Below, in pieces: positions 1 through 9,433 of a DNA stretch of 62,422 nt. A program made the translations under genes and the position numbers. The stretch is from NCBI GenBank assembly GCA_052387555.1, contig JBQTJB010000006.1:1-62422 (forward strand), in the 5' to 3' direction. The notes beneath the pieces were generated by a model. It saw only the letters and a list, made by a program, of their open reading frames with translations. It was not told the origin of the DNA and did no database searches. This stretch comes from Blastocatellia bacterium (lineage in GTDB: Bacteria > Acidobacteriota > Blastocatellia > Pyrinomonadales > Pyrinomonadaceae). Position 1 is the stretch's first letter; every line of letters begins with the position of its first letter.

Positions 1-202
1 CGTCGAATGAATCGATAAACAAAACTGTGGACTGCTTTGCAGCCACTCTTTTTGTAGCTTTTTTGGCCGGCGTCGGCTTTACCGCCGCATGCGTGGTTGA
101 TGTTTTTAACGAATAAGCCGAAGAAACACCGTGACCAATTGCGAAAACCAAAAAACCTGTCGAAAGAACTGCAAATGATGCAATTAATAATCTTATTCTC
201 AT
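1..202 (-). CDS. hypothetical protein, N-terminal part only (gene runs off left edge)
   Basis: Not in ORF track because it has no stop in the window. Minus-strand ATG at 200-202 is preceded by GAGG, and the frame is open to position 1. N-terminus MRIRLLIASFAVLSTGFLVFAIG looks like a signal or TM segment. Confidence 0.4.
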   Translation of the reverse strand, partial: MRIRLLIASFAVLSTGFLVFAIGHGVSSAYSLKTSTTHAAVKPTPAKKATKRVAAKQSTVLFIDSFD

Positions 203-343
203 AACTACTAACCTCGACCCGCCAAGATACTGTCGCCGCAAATGAAATATACCAAAAACAATCTGATTTCTTCCCAAAGTAAAGGGGTCACAATCCGAAC
301 GGGCAAAAGCCTGGCAGTTAGAATTGAGACCCCTTAATTTAAG

Positions 344-913
344 CTAGTTCGGCAAAACAACCGAATCTATAACGTGAATAACGCCGTTCGACTGTTTTAC
401 GTCGGCTATCGTTACTGTCGACTTGCCGCCTTTTTCGTCCATAAGAACGACGTTTTTGCCGTCGAGCATTGCATACAGCTTTCCACCGGCAACGGTGGTG
501 AATTCAGCCTTGCCATTACCTTTTTTGATGGCCTTGATGACATCCTTTGCGCTGAAATTACCAGAGACAACATGATAGGTAAGTATCTTTGTCAAAGTCG
601 CTTTGTTTTCCGGCTTCAAAAGCGTTTCGACGGTTCCCGCCGGAAGCTTTTCAAAAGCACTGTTCACCGGAGCAAAAACCGTGAACGGCCCCGCGCTGGC
701 AAGCGTATCCACCAAACCCGCAGCCTTAACGGCAGCAACCAACGTCGTGTGATCGGCCGAATTTACGGCATTTTCGACGATATTCTTCGTCTTGAACATT
801 GCGGCACCGCCGACCATCGGATTGTCATCCTTAGCCATCTGAGCCGAAACACTGGTCGAGGCGATACCGACCGCCATAACAAACGCAAATACCCCTAAAA
901 TTAACTTTTTCAT
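344..913 (-). CDS. fasciclin (FAS1) domain protein, secreted
   Basis: Shows the FAS1 pattern TVFAPVNSAFEKLP...VIHVIDSVVLP. Signal peptide starts at MKKLILGVFAFVMAV, an internal ATG at 911-913 with GGAGA upstream. Confidence 0.85.
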   Translation of the reverse strand: MKKLILGVFAFVMAVGIASTSVSAQMAKDDNPMVGGAAMFKTKNIVENAVNSADHTTLVAAVKAAGLVDTLASAGPFTVFAPVNSAFEKLPAGTVETLLKPENKATLTKILTYHVVSGNFSAKDVIKAIKKGNGKAEFTTVAGGKLYAMLDGKNVVLMDEKGGKSTVTIADVKQSNGVIHVIDSVVLPN

Positions 914-1019
914 AATTTCTCCCTGATTCGTTTTAATTTTTCTACAAATTTCTGCCAAAAGGAAGGTTCCCTTTTGATAGAGATTTCGGTGAGGTCGATC
1001 TTTTGGATTCAGAAGAAAT

Positions 1020-1370
1020 TTAGCCGGGCAACTCTTCGATCACGGATTCGCCGCTTGAATGATCGCCGCACGTCCGTTGCCATTTTTCGCGCAGGCGGAT
1101 GCGGCCGTCGGGCAGTGTTTCGGGCTTCGATCTGCAGATGCCGGTCATAAGAGCGCCCTTCGTGTTTAGATGCTGGTAACGCATATCGAGCGAGCCGTCC
1201 TTGCTGCATTTGGCGATCAGCGTGCCGAAAACTATCTCGCCGCCGCTGTATTTCGCCCAAACGACGTCGCCGTTTTGATGATAGTAAAAAATGGTTTCGC
1301 TGCCGACCTCGCCCGTTGGCGAGTTTGCAACCGAGCAAAATTTCCGATTCTCGTAGTTTATCGCAGCCAT
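1020..1370 (-). CDS. conserved hypothetical protein (about 115 aa)
   Basis: Clean ORF whose start abuts the recX stop (1371). The pattern YENRKF..V.NS..GEV...T.F.Y.Q.G resembles a widespread small family of unknown function. Confidence 0.55.
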   Translation of the reverse strand: MAAINYENRKFCSVANSPTGEVGSETIFYYHQNGDVVWAKYSGGEIVFGTLIAKCSKDGSLDMRYQHLNTKGALMTGICRSKPETLPDGRIRLREKWQRTCGDHSSGESVIEELPG

Positions 1371-1922
1371 TTAGTTATTCTGATCTTCTTCGCTGAGATT
1401 GATCATAACCGCTCCGGCCATTTTTGTTCGAATCAAGTCGTAGGAGAAACCTTTCCTCAACAGATGGTCGTAAAACTTCTTTGTGTCTTCGCGCGTTTCG
1501 GGACTTCCCTTTAGCCGCAGTCGTTTCTCTATAGCAATCCCGATCAGCTCTTCTTCGGGCAGCGTTTCAAACGCGGCAGTTATGGCTTCGTCGACGGTCT
1601 CCCTATCAAGCTGTTTTTGCGCAAGCGCCTGCTGTAATCGGCGTTTTCCCTGCGGCTTTTGACGAAGCTTTGAGACGGCTAGATTCTTTGCGTACTGCTC
1701 GTCATCTAAATACTTATACTCTTTTAATTTCTCCAAAACCTGGCCGACGATCTCTTCATTCGTCCAAATTTTTTCAAGCAAACGCGTGCGCAATTCGGCA
1801 ATGGAACGCGGCTTTGACGCAAGCAGTTTAACGGCTCGGCTCATGGTCCGTTCTTTCGATCGGTCAAAGTCCTTAATGATCCGTTCGCGATTATCTTTTA
1901 GCTCGAGACGTTTTCTCCACAT
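1371..1922 (-). CDS. recX: recombination regulator RecX
   Basis: RecX-like three-repeat helical pattern (RSIAELRTRLLEK...YLDDEQYAKNL...FYDHLLRKGFSYDLI). An alternative ATG lies at 1842-1844. Confidence 0.8.
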   Translation of the reverse strand: MWRKRLELKDNRERIIKDFDRSKERTMSRAVKLLASKPRSIAELRTRLLEKIWTNEEIVGQVLEKLKEYKYLDDEQYAKNLAVSKLRQKPQGKRRLQQALAQKQLDRETVDEAITAAFETLPEEELIGIAIEKRLRLKGSPETREDTKKFYDHLLRKGFSYDLIRTKMAGAVMINLSEEDQNN

Positions 1923-2048
1923 CGTTCCAAATTATTATTATCTGCACTATCGGATTTTACCTGCAAATCAGTTAATAATTTGTATTTCAAAATTAATAAT
2001 TGGAGCATTTGGTTTAGCAAAGCCGAAGGAACAATTAAGATTACAACA

Positions 2049-2957
2049 ATGGACGGCGTTCTCATTATAAACAAACCCGAAAGCTTTACATCACACGATG
2101 TCGTCGCGCGCCTACGGCAGATTTTGCGCACGAAACGCATTGGGCACACGGGAACGCTCGACCCGTTTGCTACCGGCGTGCTCGTAATGCTTGTGGGCAA
2201 AGCTACGCGGCTGGCGCAATTTCTAGACAAAGACGATAAAGAGTATGAAGCGGTGGTGCGGTTCGGGTTTGAAACGGACACAGGCGACAAAACGGGACTG
2301 CGGACTGCGGATTGCGGATTGCGGAGTGAGGAAATTGAGGAGAGATTGAGTTCTCTGAATTGGCAAGGCGTATTCGATCATTTTCGAGGCGAGATAACGC
2401 AAACGCCGCCGATGTATTCGGCAAAAAAGGTCGATGGCAAGAAGCTTTATGAGCTTGCCCGAAAGGGCGTCGAGATTGAGCGGGAGCCTGTGAAAATCGT
2501 TATTCATAAACTCGAACTGATTGACGAACACATAATCCGTAATCTGCAATCTGCAATCCGCATTCGGATTGTTTGTTCTGCCGGAACCTACATCCGCACG
2601 CTTGCAGAAGATATTGGCCGGACCGTCGGGCCGGGTGCGCATCTTGAAGAACTAAAAAGAACGCGTGCCGGAAAGTTCGATATTTCAGAATCGATCACGC
2701 TTGCCGACCTGGAAAAAGATGATGATCCCGCAAAGCATCTGATTCCGATGAGCATCGCCCTCGGGCATCTTCCGGAGTTAATTTTAACTAAAGAGCGGAT
2801 AGAAAAAACCATCAACGGACTTTCAACGAGACTCGAGCAAACCGGTCTTGCCGAAGGCGACATGGTTAGAATGATCGACGGGGAAGGCCGTCTGATCGCC
2901 ATCGGCGCCTATCTGGCGGATGCGAAAGCTGTTCAGCCAAAGGTCGTTTTGGGGTAG
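2049..2957 (+). CDS. truB: tRNA pseudouridine(55) synthase TruB
   Basis: Motifs MDGVLIINKPESFTSHDVV, HTGTLDPFATGVL, TPPMYSAKKVDGKKLYELAR and CSAGTYIRTL. The start is taken at the internal ATG 2049. Confidence 0.9.
   Translation: MDGVLIINKPESFTSHDVVARLRQILRTKRIGHTGTLDPFATGVLVMLVGKATRLAQFLDKDDKEYEAVVRFGFETDTGDKTGLRTADCGLRSEEIEERLSSLNWQGVFDHFRGEITQTPPMYSAKKVDGKKLYELARKGVEIEREPVKIVIHKLELIDEHIIRNLQSAIRIRIVCSAGTYIRTLAEDIGRTVGPGAHLEELKRTRAGKFDISESITLADLEKDDDPAKHLIPMSIALGHLPELILTKERIEKTINGLSTRLEQTGLAEGDMVRMIDGEGRLIAIGAYLADAKAVQPKVVLG
2296..2330. repeat. tandem heptamer array (GAYTGCG x4 plus a degenerate unit) inside truB
   Basis: Sequence gactgcg gactgcg gattgcg gattgcg gagtgag, translated in frame as GLRTADCGLRSE. 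Confidence 0.85.
2534..2568. repeat. tandem heptamer array in inverse orientation to 2296-2330, inside truB
   Basis: Sequence aatccgt aatctgc aatctgc aatccgc attcgga, translated as IRNLQSAIRIR. It is reverse-complementary to the first array in 24 of 29 positions, plus 3 G-U pairs, by hand alignment. Confidence 0.85.
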
Positions 2958-2978
2958 AATGTCGGCAGAAGAGAAGCT

Positions 2979-3986
2979 ATGAAGAAACGAAATCTTGCAA
3001 TCGCGGTCGGGGGCGGAATCGGCGCGGCGATAGCGGTAAAGATGTTCACGCGTGCCCGAACCGTCGTCTGGGAAGAGGTTGCGGCATCGGTTCCGCACTC
3101 CGACCATTCGCATTTTATCAACGTGGACAGCGCGCGTGTCCACTATCAGGAATTCGGTGAACGGAGCGGTCCGACGCTGATTCTGCTGCACGGCTACACG
3201 GCCTCGGTTTATGTCTGGAAGGACGTTGCCCCGCGACTTGCCGAGGCTGGTTTTCATGTGATCGCGGTTGATCTGATCGGGTTCGGCTATTCCGAAAAAC
3301 CGTCGTGGTTCGATTATTCTATAGAGTCACAGGCGCGCGTCATCTCTCGCTTTATGAACCGTCTCGGCATTGGCCGAGCGAATGTAGTTGGAAGCTCGTA
3401 TGGCGGCGCCGTGGCGATGACATTGGCGCTCGACTATCCGGCAAGCGTCGAAAAGCTGGTTCTTATCGACGCGGTTTGCAATGACGAGATTTTGAGCCAC
3501 CCGGTTTTGCGGCTTGCCTCGATTCCCGGCGTCGGCGAAGTAATCACGCCGTTTCTTGTCGATTCGCGAGCGATGATGCGGTTCCGAATGCGCGGCACTC
3601 TGTCGCCGTCGAGCCATCATTTAATAACAGATGAGAGAGTCTCGACCGTGCTGCGTCCGCTAAATGCGGCGGACGCGCATCACTCCGTTCTGGCAACATC
3701 GAGAAACTGGCACGCGAACCGCATCGAACAGGACGCGAATCTTATCAACCAGCCGACGCTTATTATTTGGGGCGAACAGGACAAGGTTATCGGCATCCAC
3801 AACGGCCACAAGCTGCACGATGCGATCCTGCATTCGCGTTTCGTAATCCTCAAAAACTGCGGTCACGTCCCGGCCGAGGAAAAGAGCGATCTTGTCTCCG
3901 AACTCGTAACCGGGTTCTGCCGCGATAAAAAGGGAAGGATCGATGTGAAGGATTCCGGGGAAATTCGAATAGAGGCTGTTACTTGA
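2979..3986 (+). CDS. alpha/beta fold hydrolase
   Basis: HGYTAS oxyanion region, nucleophile elbow GSSYGG, and C-terminal GHVP. Confidence 0.85.
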   Translation: MKKRNLAIAVGGGIGAAIAVKMFTRARTVVWEEVAASVPHSDHSHFINVDSARVHYQEFGERSGPTLILLHGYTASVYVWKDVAPRLAEAGFHVIAVDLIGFGYSEKPSWFDYSIESQARVISRFMNRLGIGRANVVGSSYGGAVAMTLALDYPASVEKLVLIDAVCNDEILSHPVLRLASIPGVGEVITPFLVDSRAMMRFRMRGTLSPSSHHLITDERVSTVLRPLNAADAHHSVLATSRNWHANRIEQDANLINQPTLIIWGEQDKVIGIHNGHKLHDAILHSRFVILKNCGHVPAEEKSDLVSELVTGFCRDKKGRIDVKDSGEIRIEAVT

Positions 3987-3995
3987 TCGGACAAT

Positions 3996-4634
3996 CTAAA
4001 AATAACGAAAGTGTCCCGTTAACGTCCACTCGAACAACCGATCTTCAGCGTTGGTCCCGTTGCCGATATTATGGATGATGAGATACCGGCCGGTTTTTGG
4101 GTTCCAGGTATCTGAAACCAAGCCGATATGTGTCATGCCCTTGCCATCCAGATCCCACGAAACAACGTCGCCCGGTTTGTAGTTTCGAGGGTCGTTGGTT
4201 ATCGGCAGCGATTTTCCTTTCCTCGTAAAGAAGGTTTTGAGGTTAGGAACGCGCCGATGGTCGATATTGGTATCGGTTGTCTTTAGCCCCCATTTTTTCG
4301 GATATACGGAAAAATTCGCCGCCATATCCTCGTGAACTTCGCGCTGTAGGTCAACCCCGGCGTTTCTAAAGCTGCGGATAATTACGTCGGTACAAGCGCC
4401 CGTTTCAGATGGCACATCACCGCCCGGATAGGTGATCGCGAAATAGTCCTGTGTGTATCCTCGCGTTACTTTGATCTGCCAGCTTGCGCCTTCAATTATT
4501 TTACGAATCGCAGGCGGCTGATCTTCTTGCTGGGGTGCTGCTGCTGCGGCATATGGCAGTGAATCGGTCGAGCAGGCCGAAGCGAAAACCGTTAATGCGA
4601 CCAGTCCGAAGAGTTTTGTGTAAAGACGAGCCAT
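3996..4634 (-). CDS. DUF1287 domain lipoprotein
   Basis: Lipobox-like FASAC, and the DUF1287-type pattern GACTDVIIRSFRNAGVDLQ...NIDHRRVPNL...PGDVVSWD. Confidence 0.7.
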   Translation of the reverse strand: MARLYTKLFGLVALTVFASACSTDSLPYAAAAAPQQEDQPPAIRKIIEGASWQIKVTRGYTQDYFAITYPGGDVPSETGACTDVIIRSFRNAGVDLQREVHEDMAANFSVYPKKWGLKTTDTNIDHRRVPNLKTFFTRKGKSLPITNDPRNYKPGDVVSWDLDGKGMTHIGLVSDTWNPKTGRYLIIHNIGNGTNAEDRLFEWTLTGHFRYF

Positions 4635-4706
4635 GCCATACCCTTAGACGCCTTTTTAAACAAAAAGTTCCATGGAAAATTTGTATTTCGGTAAAGCGCC
4701 GCAATA

Positions 4707-5528
4707 ATGAGTTTTGTGAATCGTCTTATGTATTTGAACGGAGAGATCCGTGATGCGGCTAATGCTCTGGTATCGCCGATCTCTGCCTCCGCGCTCTACG
4801 GAAAAGGCATTTTCACGACGATTGCGATATATAACGGAAAGCCGTTCCTTTGGGAAAAGCACTGGCGGCGGTTGTCGGGCAGCGCGGCAAAGATAGGGAT
4901 CGATGTTTCGGAATACGGCGAGCAACGGGTTGCTAGTGCCCTTGCCGATTTGATCGAAAAGAATGGATTAAATAATGGCCGGGCGCGGATAACTTTTTTT
5001 GACGAATCGCCCGGCAGCATTTGGGGTTTCGATAGCGGACAAAAAACAAGCCTGCTAATTACAACAGCAGATTTTCGCCCGTTGCCCGAACATTTCAAAC
5101 TGACCATTTCGCCATACCGCATCAACACGTCATCTCCGCTCGCCGGAATAAAATCCTGCAACTATCTCGAACAACTGATGTCGTTTGACGAAGCAAAGTC
5201 ACGCAGCTTTGACGAGGCAATTCGCCTGAATGAACACGATGAAATCGCGTCGGCCTGTATGGCAAATGTTTTCTGGCTAAAGAATGAAAAACTATACACG
5301 CCAAGCCTGAAAACAGGCTGTCTTGCCGGAACAACGCGTGAGCAAATTTTAGAAAACGTAGACTGCGAAGAGGTTGAATCAGGGATTGAAGCACTGCAAG
5401 ATGCAGACGCGCTCTACCTAAGTTCGGCGGGCATTGGCATTCAACGCATAGGAAAATTCGAAGAACGGTCGCTCCTTCAAGTTGAGCATCCGTTCACAAA
5501 ATTATTATTTCCACGGTTCAAAGTGTAG
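4707..5528 (+). CDS. aminotransferase class IV (PabC / branched-chain-like)
   Basis: Fold-type IV pattern (GKGIFTTI...GRARITF...KSCNYL...GCLAGTTRE). Confidence 0.75.
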   Translation: MSFVNRLMYLNGEIRDAANALVSPISASALYGKGIFTTIAIYNGKPFLWEKHWRRLSGSAAKIGIDVSEYGEQRVASALADLIEKNGLNNGRARITFFDESPGSIWGFDSGQKTSLLITTADFRPLPEHFKLTISPYRINTSSPLAGIKSCNYLEQLMSFDEAKSRSFDEAIRLNEHDEIASACMANVFWLKNEKLYTPSLKTGCLAGTTREQILENVDCEEVESGIEALQDADALYLSSAGIGIQRIGKFEERSLLQVEHPFTKLLFPRFKV

Positions 5529-5540
5529 AGGGTTTTCTGT

Positions 5541-5646
5541 TTCTTCTGTGGTTTCCGTGGTTACTTTCTTAAGACATAAACCACAGAACACGCGGAAAAA
5601 AACACGAACGACACGAAAATGAATTCGTGATATTCGTGTTCATTCG
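5541..5646. repeat. two adjacent imperfect hairpins built from about 7-nt units (convergent-gene spacer)
   Basis: ttcttctgtggtttccgtggtt (5541-5562) pairs with aaccacagaacacgcggaa (5579-5597). aacacgaacgacacgaaaa pairs with ttcgtgatattcgtgtt (5601-5640). Confidence 0.7.
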
Positions 5647-5658
5647 TAACAAAAATTC

Positions 5659-5907
5659 TTACCCAGCAGTTTCGAAAAGAGCGAGGATCTGTTTGCCTTC
5701 GTTCGAACGCGGGTCGATAGTGCGAAGGTGCTTTTGGCCCTGCATTTCCCAGATCGCAGTCACGGTGCCTTCTTTTTCGACCGCCTGATAATGAACATCT
5801 TCGGCATCCGCGAGTGTTTCGGCAACCGGTGCTTCCGCCGTTACTTCTTCTGCCGCGACCGGCTTTTCTTCAGGCTCTTCAGCCGCCTTTACTGCTTCTT
5901 CAGACAT
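5659..5907 (-). CDS. hypothetical acidic protein
   Basis: 82-aa ORF with AAGGAG upstream. No recognisable domain. Confidence 0.45.
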   Translation of the reverse strand: MSEEAVKAAEEPEEKPVAAEEVTAEAPVAETLADAEDVHYQAVEKEGTVTAIWEMQGQKHLRTIDPRSNEGKQILALFETAG

Positions 5908-6002
5908 TTAAATACAAAGTCTCCTTAAATCATTTTCAATAAAAAATTGTTATTCAACCAGCCATTCTGACACAAAAAAGACAATTTTGTCGAGGTTCCA
6001 AC

Positions 6003-7562
6003 TCATTTTACCCTCTTCGGATGCAGCTCATAGAACCAGAAATCGTTGTTCGGCTGGTCGATTTTCAGATCCTCCGTTTTGCCGTTTTTATCGATTGTAA
6101 AGGTCACGAACCCGCGCGTGAAATTGTACGCGACCGACGGCCGCCATTTGATCTGAAACGTGTCGTAGTGCCAATGTTCCAGATCGGCGACAAAATTCGG
6201 CGAACGCGAAAAACGCATTACCAGGCGGCCGTTAACCTCGGCAATGTTGATCGCACCGTAAAGATCGTCGGAGTATGTTCCGGCGTAATCCGCAATATCA
6301 AGCGTCGGTTTGGTGTTTGCAACACGAGCTGTGTCCGCTTTCGTTGTTTCTGCTTCGGCTGCCGTCTTACTTCGCTTAACTTGTTCGATGGCTTCGGCAT
6401 TCCAGTCGCGTTTAGGTGCGTTAACGAAAACATCGCGTATCTTGCTCATCATCACCGCAAACGGCGGAAATTCAGAATTCGACAGCACCACGAAACCGAC
6501 ATTCTCTTCCGGAATTAGAACCGTGTAAGAGAGCATTCCGTCCAGACCGCCGCTGTGGTTGATTACTTTTCGGCCATGATAATCGTAGACAAACCACCCA
6601 AGCGCCACGCCGGAAAAATGCCGCGTCGGGTTGTTCTTGGATGCCGGTTCCGATATCTGCTGGGCAAGATACGGCTGCCACGTCTGCCAGCTCTGAGCCT
6701 CGCTGAAAACCTGCTTTCCTTCAAACTTGCCGCGACCTAGTTGCAAGCGTATCCATTTTGATAGATCAGCAACCGAGGAGTTTAATGCAGCTGCCGCATA
6801 CGCTCCGTCAACATTTCCGCGATGCAGCACACGCAGCTTTCCACCCGATTCGTTATGCGGAAACGCAGCGTTATCCGCCAGATTGTTGATGCTGCAAGTA
6901 GTGCGCTTCATATCGAGCGGATTCAAGATTCTTTCCGTAACAAAATCGCACCATGACTTGCCCGAAACTTTTTCGATCACCTTACCGGCGGCGATGAACA
7001 TCAGATTCTGGTATCCGTATCGCGTGCGAAAGCTCGAAACTGGTTTTAGATGGCGGAGCCGCTGAAGTATCTCGTCCGGTGTAAAATCGGTCTCGTACCA
7101 AAGCAGATCTCCGCTAAACGTATCAAGGCCCACGCGGTGCGTAACCAGATCGCGAATGGTCAATTCGCTGGTAACCCACGGGTCGTACATCTTAAAATCG
7201 GGCAAATACTTCGACACCTTGTCGTCCCACGCAAGTTTCTTTTCATCGGCGAGGATAGCTATCGCTGCGGTCGTAAACGCTTTCGAATTCGAGGCAATGG
7301 CAAAGACGGTGTTTTCATTAACGACATCACTTTTGCCGAGTTCTCGAGTGCCATAACCTTTTGCAAACACTACCTTATCGTCCTTAATAACAGCGATGGC
7401 CATGCCCGGCTGGTTCCAGTCAGTCATCACCTTTTGAGCATAGGCGTCGATTTCTTTCAGCTTTTCGTCGAGTGTTTGTGTGAAAACAAAAAGCGGAAAG
7501 ACAAAGAGAACAAAAATGAGGGTTGTAAATTTCTTCATATGTTGTTTCATACTGATAGCCAT
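6003..7562 (-). CDS. serine hydrolase / beta-lactamase family protein, secreted
   Basis: SxxK motif ASNSKAF, signal peptide MKKFTTLIFVLFVF. Alternative ATGs lie at 7548-7550 and 7536-7538. Confidence 0.85.
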   Translation of the reverse strand: MAISMKQHMKKFTTLIFVLFVFPLFVFTQTLDEKLKEIDAYAQKVMTDWNQPGMAIAVIKDDKVVFAKGYGTRELGKSDVVNENTVFAIASNSKAFTTAAIAILADEKKLAWDDKVSKYLPDFKMYDPWVTSELTIRDLVTHRVGLDTFSGDLLWYETDFTPDEILQRLRHLKPVSSFRTRYGYQNLMFIAAGKVIEKVSGKSWCDFVTERILNPLDMKRTTCSINNLADNAAFPHNESGGKLRVLHRGNVDGAYAAAALNSSVADLSKWIRLQLGRGKFEGKQVFSEAQSWQTWQPYLAQQISEPASKNNPTRHFSGVALGWFVYDYHGRKVINHSGGLDGMLSYTVLIPEENVGFVVLSNSEFPPFAVMMSKIRDVFVNAPKRDWNAEAIEQVKRSKTAAEAETTKADTARVANTKPTLDIADYAGTYSDDLYGAINIAEVNGRLVMRFSRSPNFVADLEHWHYDTFQIKWRPSVAYNFTRGFVTFTIDKNGKTEDLKIDQPNNDFWFYELHPKRVK

Positions 7563-7678
7563 TTGCCGGACACTTAGGCGTCAGCGTTCGGAGTAACGAT
7601 TCATTAAGTTTCAATTCGTGCTCCGCACTCAAGCAGGCGATGGCGCCTGCGTTTCCGGCGTATGAGCCATTAGTTCGT

Positions 7679-9433
7679 TCAGCGTTTTACGGCAAACAGT
7701 CTCCATTCGCCTTCGACACCGTCAAAGGCCTTTTGGCCGGATTCTTCGAAAACCAAACCCGATCCCGCGACCAGGTCCTTTACGGTGCGTGAGACGAGTA
7801 TGTTTCCTTCTGTCGCTTCCGACGCTATCTTTTGAGCCAGATCGACCGCGAATCCGCTGTAATTTCCATCGATTATGTCACACTCTCCGGTGTGCAATCC
7901 GGTTTTAACGCGCACGCCTAATTGACCCGCCGATTCCGCAATCGCATTGGCGCATCTGATGGCGCGTGCCGGCCCGTCGAATGTTGCCAGAACTCCGCCC
8001 TCGCTAAACGAAATCTCACGGCCCCGGAAAAGCTCTAACTGTCGTCGAACAAAAGTATTCGTGCCGGCCGCTTCGGTTCGCGGGCCTATGATCCGAACGT
8101 TCATTACCGTTGCGAGAAGGCGGTCGTATTCGCCGCCATACTGCGTTCCGGTTACAAAGCGTTCGATCTCATCGAGTATCTCGTCTTGAGCGCCTACAAA
8201 AGGCAAGTGGTCTTCGCCCTCAAGTTCAACAAACTTGCTGCCCGGAATTCTCGACGCGACGTAGCGGCCCTCTTCGATCTTCAGACACAGATCGCCCCTT
8301 CTGTGAATGACCATAGTCGGTACGCGTATCGACGGCAGCACGTTGCGGACGTCGATGCCGGCGTTCATTTTTGTAAGAGCGACTGCCGCGCCCGGGCTCG
8401 CGCCCATTCTTAAGTAGGTCGCCCACCAATCGCGAAACTCAGCGTCGTTTGCCATCGAAGGTGCGCGTTCTTCGATGCCGACCGGCTTTCCCCAATCACG
8501 CTGCAATAGCTCGTAGAATGCCTCACGCTGTTCTGCAGTCGGTGCCCAGGGATAGTCGTCGTCGCGTATTCGTTTTGCATAGGTGCCGATCATTACAAGT
8601 GCACTTGTGCGTTCCGGGTAAGTCGCGGCAAACAGCGAACACATCGGCCCGCCTTCGGAAACGCCGATCAGCACCGCGCGTTTCGACCCGACGGCGTCCA
8701 TCACGGCGTGAACGTCTTCCATCCTTTGTTCTAACGTCGGCAGTTCATTCAACGGGACGCGGTCCGAAAGACCTGTGCCGCGCTTGTCGAAAAGTATGAG
8801 CCGCGAAAAAGATGCAAGGCGTTCCAGGAATGAAGCAAACAAATGGTGCTTCCAAAAATACTCGAGATGCGAAACCCAGCCCATCACGAAAACCAGGTCA
8901 ATCTCTCCGCTTCCTAAGACCTGATAGGCGATATTCACTTCGCCGTTTCTAATATAATGGGTTTCAGGGCTAAATGCCGGCAAATCCCCCGCATCGGTGA
9001 GCCCCTTCATCAGCGCATCCGGAAAACGCTCATCATCAATCTCTTCATCGATAATTATCCGCGAACGTGTGTGTTCGTATTTGATAGTGTCGGATATTTG
9101 CTTCCCGGCTATTTCCACCGGGGCGATAAAACGATAGCCGCGTTTCGAAACGGTCTCGATAAATCTCATGCCCGTTTTTCTTTCACCGAGAGCCTTTCTC
9201 AGGATCGAGATGTTTTGAGCAAGGTTGTTCTCCTCGACGAAACTGTCGGCCCATACACGCTCCATTATCTCTTCTTTTGTAAGCAAATGACCGGCGTTTT
9301 CTATCATGTACAGAAGAGTATCGAACGCTTTCGGCGCAAGCGTTATCGTATCCACGCCGTCAAACAGCAGCCGCTCATCTGCGTCAACCGAAAAACGGGA
9401 AAATGTATAGATCGTATTCGTGGGTGCGCCCAT
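7679..9433 (-). CDS. three-domain regulator: OmpR/CadC-type winged-helix DNA-binding domain + alpha/beta hydrolase + class III cyclase-homology domain (apparently degenerate)
   Basis: N-terminus LAPKAFDTLLYMIEN...VSKRGYRF. Middle region GVSEGG elbow. C-terminus GLHTGECDI...GFAVDLAQKIASEA...ILVSRTV. The canonical FxDIxG and GD metal-binding positions read VMNVRIIG and EGGVLATF. Confidence 0.75.
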   Translation of the reverse strand: MGAPTNTIYTFSRFSVDADERLLFDGVDTITLAPKAFDTLLYMIENAGHLLTKEEIMERVWADSFVEENNLAQNISILRKALGERKTGMRFIETVSKRGYRFIAPVEIAGKQISDTIKYEHTRSRIIIDEEIDDERFPDALMKGLTDAGDLPAFSPETHYIRNGEVNIAYQVLGSGEIDLVFVMGWVSHLEYFWKHHLFASFLERLASFSRLILFDKRGTGLSDRVPLNELPTLEQRMEDVHAVMDAVGSKRAVLIGVSEGGPMCSLFAATYPERTSALVMIGTYAKRIRDDDYPWAPTAEQREAFYELLQRDWGKPVGIEERAPSMANDAEFRDWWATYLRMGASPGAAVALTKMNAGIDVRNVLPSIRVPTMVIHRRGDLCLKIEEGRYVASRIPGSKFVELEGEDHLPFVGAQDEILDEIERFVTGTQYGGEYDRLLATVMNVRIIGPRTEAAGTNTFVRRQLELFRGREISFSEGGVLATFDGPARAIRCANAIAESAGQLGVRVKTGLHTGECDIIDGNYSGFAVDLAQKIASEATEGNILVSRTVKDLVAGSGLVFEESGQKAFDGVEGEWRLFAVKR

